The notes beneath the pieces were generated by a model. The model made no database searches. It was given only the letters and a program-made list of their open reading frames with translations, and was not told where the DNA came from. Source: Macrostomum lignano (lineage: Eukaryota). Taken from it: a stretch of DNA of 33,126 nucleotides. This document shows positions 1 through 12,251 of this stretch, in pieces. The stretch is from contig NIVC01004856.1 in the NCBI GenBank assembly GCA_002269645.1, forward strand, positions 1 to 33,126. The letters are read 5' to 3'. Each line of letters opens with the position of its first letter. Position 1 is the stretch's first letter. Both the position numbers and the translations under genes were made by a program.

Positions 1-478
1 AAGCGACATAATTATACCAAAAATTTAAGCAACGCATTGACAACAATAAAGCGACACATTGACCGACACATTGACCGACACTATATGCGACACATTGACC
101 GGACGTATTTAAGCGACACATTGACCGACACTATAAGCGACACATTGACCGACGTATTTAAGCGACACGTTGACCAACACATTGACCGACACTATAAGCG
201 ACACATTGACCGACAATATAAGCGACACATTGACGCGACACTATAAGCGACACATTGACCGACAATATAAGCGACACATTGACCGACACTATAAGCGACA
301 CATTGACCGACAATATAAGCGACACATTGACCGACAATATAAGCGACACATTGACCGACACTATAAGCGACACATTGACCGACATTAAGCGGACACATTG
401 ACCGACGTATTTAAGCGACACATTGACCAACACATTGAACGACATAAACCGACCTGTACGACTCGTATTAAGCGACAA
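1..478 (+). repeat. Intronic minisatellite, about 24-bp unit (ATTGACCGACACTATAAGCGACAC); begins before the window
   Basis: Repeated near-identical 24-bp units seen directly; explains the RHIDRH/SVNV low-complexity ORFs. Confidence 0.95.
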
Positions 479-505
479 AATTACATAAAAAATCCTCAAT
501 TCCAG

Positions 506-749
506 CTCATCTCGCCGTCGCCGACCTGGGAGGAGCTGCTGGCGGCGGGACTCTGCGACAGAGCGTCGGCCGCGCTGCTGAGGATTCAATTGGCGTCATC
601 ACCGCCATCGACTGGGCAGGCAAACATGAGAGCGGAAGCTGAGGCGTTCGATAAATCGGCTTGAGTAATTGCAATCGGCTGCTTCTAAAGCTGATAGCGG
701 AGGCTTTGCGGATGTCGGCAGCTCGAGTCTGCAGTGCCACTTGGAGCTG
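506..749 (+). CDS. PRKDC: DNA-PKcs exon (late FAT region), with two apparent 1-nt deletions near 660-668
   Basis: AG acceptor at 504-505, GTGAG donor at 750. Ends ...SLQCHLEL, which splices in phase 0 to IRFCD and aligns by eye with human DAYMTLADFCD. Frame changes twice around the stops TGA 662-664 and TAA 666-668. Confidence 0.7.
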
Positions 750-988
750 GTGAGGCCTCGGGATTTTTTCGGGTTTCTTTATTTGTTTTTATTTCTCCCG
801 TTACAAGTTTTCCGCTGTCAAAAAAGATTTTAAAAATATTTATTGTCAATCTATGCAGGTATTTCCTGTTACAACATGAATGGATTTTGTTTTATTTGTT
901 TTTCTACTCTTTATCCTCTCTGAGTTTCGTAGAAAATCTAGAATAGATATTACGAATTTTATTAGTTAGATTAGAGTTAGTGGTAGAG

Positions 989-1367
989 TTTGGGTTAAGG
1001 TAGGATTTAGGATAAGTTAAGGTAGGGTTTAGGATTTGGGTTAGGGTAGGGTTTGGGGTTAGGATTAGGGTAGGGTTTTGGGTTTGGGTTAGGGTGGGGC
1101 TTAGGGTTTGGTAGGGTAGGGTTTAGGGTTTGGGTTAGGGTAGGGTTTGGGGTTCGGATTAGGGTAGGGTTTTGGTTTGGGTTAGGGTGGGGCTTAGGGT
1201 TTGGGTGGGTGGGCTTAGGGTTTGGGTTAGGGTGGGGCTTAGGGTTTGGGTTAGGGTTAAGGTAAGGTTTAGGGTTTGGGTGGGTGGGGCTTAGGGTTTG
1301 GGTTAGGGTTAAGGTATGGTTTAGGGTTTGGGTTAGGGTGGGGCTTAGGGTTAGTGTAGGGTTTGGG
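989..1367 (+). repeat. Degenerate telomere-like G-rich repeat (TTAGGG/TTTGGG/GTAGGG/TGGGGC units) in an intron
   Basis: Dense GGG runs with many exact TTAGGG hexamers. Confidence 0.9.
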
Positions 1368-1454
1368 CAGTCAACTGTGGGCCCTTTCTGCTTCTGCTAT
1401 CCTCGAACTCCTCTGTTTTGAAAGTTTTATATAGTTGTTTTTCTCCACTCGCAG

Positions 1455-1959
1455 ATCCGTTTCTGCGACTCCTGTCTACTAGAAGCAGCGCCCAACCAGC
1501 AGCCGCAGCAGTTCCGAGCCGCTCTCCGCGCCCAAGCCGTGGACTCGGTGACCTCGGCAATGCGCTGCGGCAGTCAAGAGGCCTCAATCAGATTCCCAGG
1601 CTGCTCTGCCTTCTAGGCGAGTCAGCTGATGATGAGGCATCCCAGAATCCGCTGACGAGTCTTTGTCCTCGCGGTTCAGCCGTCAGATGGCATCGGTGCC
1701 GGTGTGGCTGTCCTTGCCCTGGCTGCCGCAGCTGGTGTCGCTGCTGGACAAGCCGGACCAGGGCGGCTCGGCAGTGCTGCCTCTGCTCGAGTCCGTGTGC
1801 GATATCTATCCAGCCGCTCTGGTCTATCCGTTCCGATTGGCCAGGGCCAATTATCGATTCGAGACCGGCGACTCGGGCGCTCGGCAGGCGGCTGAACGGC
1901 TGTGGCAACGGCTGAGACGACTGCCGCTGGTTGAGGAGTTCATCGCCCAGATGGGAGAG
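1455..1959 (+). CDS. PRKDC: DNA-PKcs exon (FAT/FRB-like region), with two apparent 1-nt deletions near 1595 and 1663
   Basis: AG at 1453-1454, GT at 1960. IRFCDSCLL...EASIRF / PRLLCLLGE / SVPVWLSLPWLPQLVSLLDK...YPAALVYPF match human LKFPRLLQII and SVPCWQFISW...YPQAIVYPF across three frames. Confidence 0.85.
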
Positions 1960-1962
1960 GTC

Positions 1963-2075
1963 AGTGACTAGAAAATTCTGGCATTGTTGTCTCCAGAGTG
2001 AAAAGAATATTTGGTCATTTTTGTCTCTAGAGTGACTAGAAAACTCTGTTATTGTCTCCAGGGTGACTAGAAATA
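1963..2075 (+). repeat. Short imperfect intronic tandem repeat (about 38-40-bp units containing GTGACTAGAAA / TGTCTCCAG)
   Basis: GTGACTAGAAA at about 1964, 2032 and 2063, with similar TGTCTC(C/T)AG motifs between. Confidence 0.6.
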
Positions 2076-2150
2076 AGTCGATCAGTATTATCCCCAAGAG
2101 AGAAAGTGACAACATCAATTAAAACTCGCCGCTCCTTCCGCCTGCGGCAG

Positions 2151-2552
2151 GTGTGCCTGCCCGCCTGCACAGCCCTGGACTGGCTGTCCAACGCCAAGCG
2201 CTCCATCGGTCAGACTGAGCGCCTTCGCGAACTGCACGCCGAGGCCATCGACCAGCTGTTCTTCGATCCCGACGGCCCGCAAGCCGGCGGTCACGGCCGG
2301 CTACGTCGGGAGTTTGCCGCCCGACATCGGCGCGAATTTCTGGCCGCCCTGCCGACCGCTGACCGGCTGGCCGGCATCCGGTCGGAGACGGAGCTGCAGC
2401 GCGCGGTTGGCAAGCTGTGGAAGCGGGTTCGAGACGAGCGCGACTCGTCCAGCGTTGCCACTGCCCGGCTGGCCGACTTCAGCACCTGGCTGGCCGAGTT
2501 TGCCGCGGCCGAGCACGGCGACGCTTATCTGGAGGTCCCTGGACAGTATCAG
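2151..2552 (+). CDS. PRKDC: DNA-PKcs exon (pre-kinase region)
   Basis: AG at 2149-2150, GTGAGT donor at 2553; open frame ending LADFSTWLAEF...LEVPGQYQ, similar to human LKECSPWMSDF...LEIPGQY. Confidence 0.9.
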
Positions 2553-2925
2553 GTGAGTGAGTGAGTGAGTGAGTGAGTGAGTGAGTGAGTGAGTAAAAAA
2601 TTGAGTGAGTGAGTGAGTGAGTGAATGAATGAGTGAGTGAGTGAGTGAGTGAGTGAGTGAGTGAGTGAGTGAGTGAGTGAGTGAGTGAGTGAGTGAGTGA
2701 GTGAGTGAGTGAATGAATGAGTGAGTGAGTGAGTGAGTGAGTAAGTGAGTGAGTGAGTGAGTGAATGAGTGAGTGAATGAGTGAGTGAGTGAGTGAGTGA
2801 GTGAGTGAGTGAGTGAGTGAGTGAGTGAGTAAAAAATTGAGTGAGTGAGTGAGTGAGTAAAAAATTGAGTGAGTGAGTGAGTGAGTGAGTGAGTGAGTGA
2901 GTGAGTAATTAGGCAAGTGAGTGAG
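2553..2925 (+). repeat. (GAGT)n microsatellite with GAAT and AAAAAATT interruptions, intronic
   Basis: Seen directly; source of the spurious THSL ORFs. Confidence 0.97.
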
Positions 2926-2990
2926 TTGGTGAATCGCAGGGTAAGCAGGCCAGTCTTCACCCTATCACTCCTGCCGCCCTCTCCCGTCAG

Positions 2991-3269
2991 TGCCGGGACA
3001 ACCTGACGGCCTCCCTGGCGAAGCCGCAGCCGGAGCTGCACACTCGCATTGCCGGCTTCGGCGACACAGTCCGAGTGATGTCGTCTCTGCGTCGACCGCA
3101 CCGGCTGACGATCCGCGGCAACGACCAGCGGGACCGGCCGTACCTGGTGAAGGCCGGCGAGGACCTTCGGCAGGACCAGCGAATCCAGCAGGCTCTGGGA
3201 CTGTTTAACTCCCTGCTGCAGAGGGACATTCAGTGCCGGCTGCGGCGGCTGAGTCTCGTCACCTATCAG
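2991..3269 (+). CDS. PRKDC: DNA-PKcs exon, kinase N-lobe
   Basis: AG at 2989-2990, GT at 3270. KPQPELHTRIAGFGDTVRVMSSLRRPHRLTIRGNDQRDRPYLVKAGEDLRQDQRI matches the DNA-PKcs pattern KPLPEYHVRIAGF...MASLRRPKRIIIRG...LVKGGEDLRQDQR, including the ATP-binding Lys. Confidence 0.95.
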
Positions 3270-3278
3270 GTGCAATGC

Positions 3279-3716
3279 TCGATTATGGGATTTCTATTGA
3301 TTTTTGTGATTATCAATTATGGGATTTCTATTGATTTTTGTGATTATCAATTATGGGATTTCTATTGATTTTTTGGGATTCTCAATTATGGGATTTCTAT
3401 TGATTTTTAGGGGATTCTCAATTATGGGATTTCTATTGATTTTTTGGGATTATCAATTATGGGATTTCTATTGATTTTTTGGGGATTCTCAATTATGGGA
3501 TTTCTATTGATTTTTAGGGGATTCTCAATTATGGGATTTCTATTGATTTTTAGGGGATTCTCAATTATGGGATTTCTATTGATTTTAGGGGATTCTTAAT
3601 TATGGGATTTCTATTGATTTTTAGGGGATTCTCAATTGTGGGATTTCTATTGATTTTTAGGGATTCTTAATTATGGGATTTCTATTGATTTTTAGGGATT
3701 CTTAATTATGGGATTA
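3279..3716 (+). repeat. Intronic minisatellite, 34-36-bp unit (TCAATTATGGGATTTCTATTGATTTTTAGGGGATTC)
   Basis: About 12 tandem copies seen directly. Confidence 0.95.
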
Positions 3717-3749
3717 AAACCCACCAACCCAACCGACCAATGCCCGCAG

Positions 3750-4425
3750 GTGGTGCCCCTCAGTCCCGACCTGGGCATTCTGGAATGGCTGGAGCGCACC
3801 CAGCCTTACAAAGACTTTCTGGTGCATCAGATGACCGCAACGGAGCAGCGAATTCACTCCAAACAGTGTATCGACTACTCTAAGTTCGTATCCAATGACC
3901 ACTGCAAGCTGTACACCCTGCCAGATCAGCAAGTTGTTCAACGACATTTTCAACCTCTGCTGGACTGTGTGCCAGACTGGCTGCTTGCCAGAGGTCTGCG
4001 TCAGTTATCCAGCAGTTGGGAGGCCTATTACGCTATGCGTGACACCCTGGTGAGAAGTCACGCGGCAATGTGCGGCGCACACTGGCTACTGTCAGTAGGC
4101 GACAGGCACATGTCCAACTATATGCTGTGCCTGGATAGCGGCAAAATGATTGGCATCGATTTCGGTTACGCCTTTGGCACTGCGATCACATTTCTGCCCA
4201 CCCCGGAGCTGGTGCCGTTCCGGCTGACAAGACAGATTTGCGGGGCGATGGGGCCGCTGCCGCCAAGTCAGGGGGCGTTTGTGCGATGCCTGGGTCATTG
4301 CCTGGCAGCTCTCAGGCGCGAGCGAGAGCTGGTGCTGTCCGTGCTGCAGGTTTTTATTAATGACGTGTCCGCTGACTGGAAGCAGCTGGCTGGGATGCTG
4401 ACTGCCGCGCACAGGGAGTCAGCTG
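3750..4425 (+). CDS. PRKDC: DNA-PKcs exon, kinase catalytic core
   Basis: AG at 3748-3749, GTGAG at 4426. Contains LGILEWLE, catalytic loop GDRHMSN, IGIDFG and PELVPFRLTRQ (PIKK signatures). Confidence 0.95.
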
Positions 4426-4466
4426 GTGAGGATTCTTTCTTTTTTTATCCCCAAATCGTAACAATT

Positions 4467-5085
4467 ATCCCATTTGATCCCATGCTGTTGTATGTCAAAA
4501 GATGTTAATTAATCCCATGCTAAATTATCCCAAGGAATCTTAAATAATCCCATGCTAGATTATCCCAAGGAATCTTAAATAATCCCATGCTAGATTATCC
4601 CAAGGAATCTTGAATAATCCCATGCTAGATTATCCCAAGGAATCTTAAATAATCCCATGCTAGATTATCCCAAGGAATCTTGAATAATCCCATGCTAGAT
4701 TATCCCAAGGAATCTTGAATAATCCCATGCTAGATTATCCTAAAGAATCTTAAATAATCCCATGCTAGAATATCCCTAAAAATCCCAAATAATCCCATGG
4801 TAGAATATCCCTAAAGAATCTTGAATAATCTCATGCTAGAATATCCCCAAAAATCCCAAATAATTCCAAGCTAGAAAAAGCCTAGAATATCCCTAAAAAT
4901 CCCAAATGATCTCATGCCAGAATATCCCTAAAAATCCCAAATATCCCATGCTAGAATATCCCTAAAAATCTTTAAAAATCTCATGATAGAATATCTCTAA
5001 AAATCTTATATAATCCCATGCTAGAATATCTCTAAAAATCTTGAATAATCCCATGCTAACATAATCCCATAAAAATGCTAGAAGT
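4467..5085 (+). repeat. Intronic minisatellite, about 35-bp unit (TAATCCCATGCTAGATTATCCCAAGGAATCTTAAA, grading to ...GAATATCCCTAAAAATCCCAAA)
   Basis: About 16 tandem copies with gradual sequence drift. Confidence 0.95.
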
Positions 5086-5113
5086 TATCCAAATCCAATT
5101 TCAAAACCAACAG

Positions 5114-5496
5114 CGGCCTGGGACACCAACGGGGATCGCACGGGCTCCAAATCAGCTTCAGCTTCATCAGCGGCAGCCGGAGGCAGCGGCTCAATCGCCA
5201 GCTTCTCCTGTCCAGAGCGCTGGTTCAGCTCCGAGAAGCTGCAGGTGGTTCGCCAGAAGCTGTCTGGCGCGCATCCTTGCCAGACGTTGAAGTCGGAGCT
5301 GCTGTTGGACCGGCACAGAGGCAAGCCGTACACGCCCGGCATGCTGGCTGTTATCGATCGGCGACGGATCAATGTTGGTGATGGAGATGCAGCTGAGAGG
5401 CTGGTGCCGATGCAGCAGGCCGAGCTACTGGTTGACATGGCAACCGATCCCGCTTTGCTGGCTCGAACCTACAGCGGCTGGCAGCCGGATCTCTGA
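5114..5496 (+). CDS. PRKDC: DNA-PKcs terminal exon (PRD + FATC)
   Basis: AG at 5112-5113, phase 1 matches the previous donor. WFSSEKLQVVRQKLSGAHP and LLVDMATDPALLARTYSGWQPDL* align with human WYPRQKICYAKRKLAGANP and [22 protein letters not shown]. Confidence 0.92.
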
Positions 5497-6270
5497 ACAT
5501 TTTTTTAATTTCATAATTAGAATCGATTTTAAAACTCTTAGTTTACTACTTATAATGACGCAATCATGTGAGTAGTTCGTAAGGACATTATTAAATATTA
5601 TCATTTTTATAGACCGCTTCATCAGCAAAAAGGTTTTAAAATGCATGATTAGCTACTAATAAGTAGATTGCAGGAACATCAGCTCTGTTCGCTGTAGTTA
5701 TTTTTAAAATTAAAAAAATAATTATCGTTTGATTACCTTTGACTTTACCGTTCAGTGCGCTTATATGTTGATTGAAAATCTCAAAAAAATCTAAAATAAG
5801 TCAAACAGCACAATTTGCAGTTTCATTTTGTTTTAGGCCTTTTTAAACTATGTTTAAACTATGTTACTACTAGTGATGGCGCAATATTAAAGTAGTTTAA
5901 ACGGAAATTTGCGTTTCAACAGGAAACTAATATATATGGTTTAAATTTTTCAACATATTACGTCACAAGTTTATTTTTTTAAGACATCTTGTTTGCTCTA
6001 TCAAAATTAAATAGTGTATAGCTAGTATCTTTATAAAGGTGTTTACCCACAATAACTTTGCAAATATTTTTCTGACGCTAAATTTCTATCCCGTGCTTAA
6101 AATTACGAGTAGGTATCCTGGCTTAATCTGGTTGACTTGTCAGTTTTAAACATTGGCTTAACTTTAAAAGCACCTGTTTCTTTCAAGTAACTGTTTTATT
6201 TCCACATTAATAGTAGTATGGTTAGTCTTTTAGAACTGTGTTAGCCAAAATCGGCTGCCTAATTTCTATC

Positions 6271-6643
6271 GGGGTGGGTTTCACAAACGCGAAATTTCAC
6301 AACCGCTAAAAGCACTTGCTTTCACAACCGCGAAACTTCAAAACCGCTAAAAATTTTGCAGTCACTTTCATAAACGCGAAGCTTCACAACCGCGAAACTT
6401 CACAACCGCTAAATCACCTACTTCCATAAGCGCTAAATTTCACAAACGCAAAACTTCACAACCGCTAAATTTTTTGCAGTCACTTTCACAACCGCGAAAC
6501 TTCATAACCGCGAAACTTCACAACCGCTAAAATTTTTGCACTTACTTTCATATACGGTAGCCTTTTTAGCGGTTGTGAAGTTTCGCGGTTATGAAAGTAA
6601 GGTGATTTAGCGGTTGTGAAATTTCGCGTTTGTGAAAGCAACC
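6271..6643. mobile_element. Non-autonomous foldback/MITE-like element with internal tandem subrepeats (TTCACAACCGCGAAAC / TTCACAACCGCTAAA)
   Basis: Left end GGGTGGGTTTCACAAACGCGAAATTTCACAACCGCTAAA is the near reverse complement of the right end ...TTTAGCGGTTGTGAAATTTCGCGTTTGTGAAGCAACCC; no clear TSD. Confidence 0.6.
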
Positions 6644-7316
6644 CTTGTACAATACTACATACTACTTATCCAAAAGTTTTCGTAAGTAGCATTTCTATTA
6701 AACTATTCTATGTTATTTTTGTTTAATTCCAAGGTTTCTTACTTATTTTTCGCACCATTTCAAAAATCCTATTAAATATAGCCGCTTTCGTGTTTAAATG
6801 CTTTTTAATAATACAAATTTTAAAAAGCGCATTTGAGAAGCAATTTTGGTGCTCTGCTACTTTAATATTGCTCTATTTGTCTAAACAGTCCAAACAGGGC
6901 CTTAGAAGTGCTTATAATATTCTTAAACAGGCTTAGATTCTCCTCTCTGGCAGCTGACACACAAATAGATATTATTGTACACCCCGGGGTGGCCCCGGGA
7001 GATGCAAATCTGTCTAGGGTAGCAGGGGCTGCCTAGCTGGGAGACACCCAGGTCCCGCCTATGCCTGTCCCTAACTAAACCACGTACTGAACATCACGTG
7101 TTTATCGTTACTCTACTATAAACACATGTTATATCTATATATCTACTCTACTGCACTGCTGCTAGCGGGCCAACGGTGGTGACGGCACGGAACGGGGACC
7201 GTGGATTGAATAGAAAGGAAAAGGGCGGTAAACAGACAGACAATAAGCAAAAATATACCACCCAACTAGGCAGCCAATCAAACCGCCAGCCGGGGAGGGG
7301 TGGAGCAACTGAGCTG

Positions 7317-9630
<2,314 letters not shown>

Positions 9631-10157
9631 TTTTTCTTGGGCTCTTCTTGCAGACATTGTGATATAATCAGCAAAGTTATCGTGTTCAGCTCCAAAGGTT
9701 CGACACCAGCCGGCGGGATCGCCGATAGCTCTGGGCCTGAGCCTTCGGCAGATGCATTTGGTTGCAACATGGCAGACAACTCCGGATCCGAGTCGGCGTC
9801 AGGTCCATTACAACGTCTTACTTTTAACCTTTAGGAGTAAGGTAGCGCCACTCGTTTTCTACTCAATCGGGCACGGTTTCTTTGTCCGAAGCGATTAAAC
9901 ATGAACGCTTAAAGCTGAAAATGTTTCATGGAAAGAAATATGGTTTTATATATAAATCGTTAGTACAAACTTTCCAATTTGCTTTTGCGTACGCCCTAGA
10001 TTCTAAAATTGCATGTTGAATAAAAAATTGTATAAAAACACTACCTTCTCTTAAACTACTAAAGTTCATTGAAACGTGTTTATTACAAAGTTGGTACAAG
10101 AAATGCATATACTGTGGGCTTAGAATACAATTCAACGTCCTATATGTACGAGCTAAG

Positions 10158-10443
10158 TGTCGGATTCCCAAATCCTCCATATGCTATTACAAGTACGCAT
10201 TCTTACTTTGCGTAAACATTCTTACATTCTTACTTTAATTCTAGCAAAGTACAAACACTTGGCATATGTTCATTTACTTTAGTCCACTCCAATTCTGGTT
10301 CGCTACGTTTATACCATAGACGATCTCCAAGCTTCCACTGTACTCTATAAATCGTATTATCAATAAAGCAAGCGCGGGCTTTGACCTAAAGTGTAGCCTT
10401 CTACCTTACCACAGCATATCTGTTTCTTGTCAAGCCTGATAAT
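10158..10443 (+). promoter_or_regulatory. Putative 5' LTR (TG start, TATAAA at 10346, AATAAA at 10362)
   Basis: Lies directly upstream of the PBS and gag; canonical CA 3' end not seen. Confidence 0.6.
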
Positions 10444-10444
10444 T

Positions 10445-10462
10445 TGGTAGCAGAGCGTGGTT
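10445..10462 (+). promoter_or_regulatory. Primer-binding site complementary to the initiator tRNA-Met 3' end
   Basis: TGGTAGCAGAGCGTGGTT closely matches the known animal tRNAi-Met PBS pattern TGGTAGCAGAG..TGGTT. Confidence 0.75.
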
Positions 10463-10499
10463 ACAAGCCTGCCTACGTGCCCGCCTGTGATCCACAAAC

Positions 10500-11640
10500 A
10501 TGTCCAGCCTATGCGCATTCGTTAGCACGACCACCATGTGCTCTGAGACATGCCTAGCTCAACAGCACAGCAAGGAAAAGCTGCGCTGCCAGCAGTGCCA
10601 TGCCGTCATATGTCGCCGTTTCGCTGACTCAGCCTTCTCCCCTAAGGGATCGGCCAGTAAGGCGGTGTTCGACCTTCTCCTCTCTCGACTCAACGAGGCC
10701 TTGGGCTCAGCCGGCCCGCAGCCCGTCTACAAATGCCCTCTCTGTCCCTCCTCGGACGGCTAATCAACGCCCTCGCTCTATGAGCAGCTGATAGCCCAGG
10801 GTCTCATACATGTGAACCTTCGCGACAAGCGTCCAACGCACTTCAAACGTAGCAGCCTCCAGCTCGGCATCCAGGCCTCCGACTCTGAGGAGGGAATGGA
10901 GAGCGCCTCCGCACCAGAAGCCCGCGACCCAGGCCACGTGAGCGACGACGGCGGCAGCCAGCGACGCAACAGCGCCAACCCTGCGACTACATCAGCACAG
11001 CCAGCCTCTCATTCTGCCTGTACCACTCTGCGGCCCAGTACTACGGATCCCGCAACCGCGCCCGCCCAGCCTGGCTTCTTCCCACGGTCCAGCCCATCCT
11101 ACGCACCCGGCGCTGCGCCCGCTGTCTCTCAGGACTGCATGCAGCAGCTCTCTGCAGCTTGACACAGATGATGCAACAGAACCAGCAGATCCTGCTGCAG
11201 GTCCAGGCCCAAGCGTGCCAGCCTTCCAACTCATCCGTCCCAACCCAACCGGCGCCACGACCCAACTTCTCGGGCGACTGTATCCTTCACAACGTCCAGC
11301 TCCAAACGTTCGACGGCAACTTCCCAGCCTTCTGGAGCTCCTTCAACTACCGAGTCGACCACATCAGTTACTCGGATGTAGACAAGTTCGAGACACTACG
11401 AGGCCTCCTCAAGGATGCTGCGCTCAAGAAGCTCGGTGGCCTCGACGCCTGCCAGCCCGGCGCGTACAAGGAGGCCCGTCGTATCCTCGAGCTCAACTAC
11501 GGCGACCTGCAAGAGCAGAAGAGCGTCTGCTACCGTCGTCTCCTCGCCATGCCGCGTCTGCGCAGCATCGAGTACGAGAGCCTAGAGGACTTCGCCGACG
11601 TTCTCCGCCTCACCGTCGGACAACTCAGTCGACTGAACAT
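10500..11640 (+). pseudogene. BEL/Pao Gag: N-terminal Cys/His finger (PHD-like), low-complexity linker, DUF1759-like domain; truncated
   Basis: C..C..C..H..CQQCH..C...CPLC; QLQTFDGNFPAFWSSF...SDVDKFETLRGLL...YKEARRILELNYG. In-frame TAA at 10761-10763 and a frameshift near 11160. Confidence 0.8.
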
Positions 11641-12251
11641 CTCGACCTGCTCATCGGCAACGACTACGCCCAACTGCTGATCGGACCCAGCACCGGCGCC
11701 ATCCCGCTGCGGCCCAGGCTCACGGCCTACCTCATCCCGTTCGGCGCCATACTGAGCGGCTCCCTCGGAGACGACGAACATCACAGCGGCAACAGCCACC
11801 CTCGCGTCATCGGAAACACTCTGCTCTGCAATAGCCGTCCGACGAACTTGGAGCAGCTGGTAGACCGGATGACCAGCCTTGAGATCCTTGGCCTACAGAA
11901 AGATGTGGGGCGAGTCAACCTTCAAGATGACGCGCTCACCAACCGCCTTCTCAAGAGCGTCACTCGCCAGCCAGATGGACGCTTCTCTGTCGCCCTGCCC
12001 TTCAAGCCTGAGGCAGAGCAGCTACCCACCAACTTCAGCCAAGCCTTTGGACGCGCTCAAGCCACCCACCGCAGACTGACGCTGGCCCAACGCGAGCAAT
12101 ACTACGCAGAGTTCAAGAAGAGAAATAAGGAAGGTGTCATTGAGATCGTGGACGGAGGCAAGCCTGCAGGGTCCATAGTACACGTGCTCCCACACTTCCC
12201 AGTCGTCAAGGAGTCGTCCAATACCACCAAGATCCGACCAGTAGTGGATGC
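11632..12251 (+). pseudogene. BEL/Pao Pol remnant (post-protease linker to the start of RT)
   Basis: HLDLLIGND, FGAILSG, GRFSVALPFK, LPHFPVVKESSNTTKIRPVVDA; protease and most of RT, RNase H and integrase are missing. Confidence 0.85.

Noticed and set aside
1-478. Possible CRISPR-like array (also considered for 21180-21900)
   Set aside because: Units are contiguous with no unique spacers, the context is eukaryotic, and there are no cas genes
37-589. ORFs with RHIDRH / SVNVSL repeats
   Set aside because: Translations of the 24-bp intronic minisatellite
989-1367. True chromosome end
   Set aside because: The array is degenerate and lies inside a spliced intron with gene sequence on both sides
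2301-3275. 324-aa minus-strand ORF rich in THSL
   Set aside because: Antisense to real exons plus the (GAGT)n tract
506-5496. mTOR, ATM, ATR or SMG1 as alternative identity of the PIKK
   Set aside because: KxGEDLRQDQR, KPxPExHxRIAGF and ATDP..L.RT motifs are DNA-PKcs-specific
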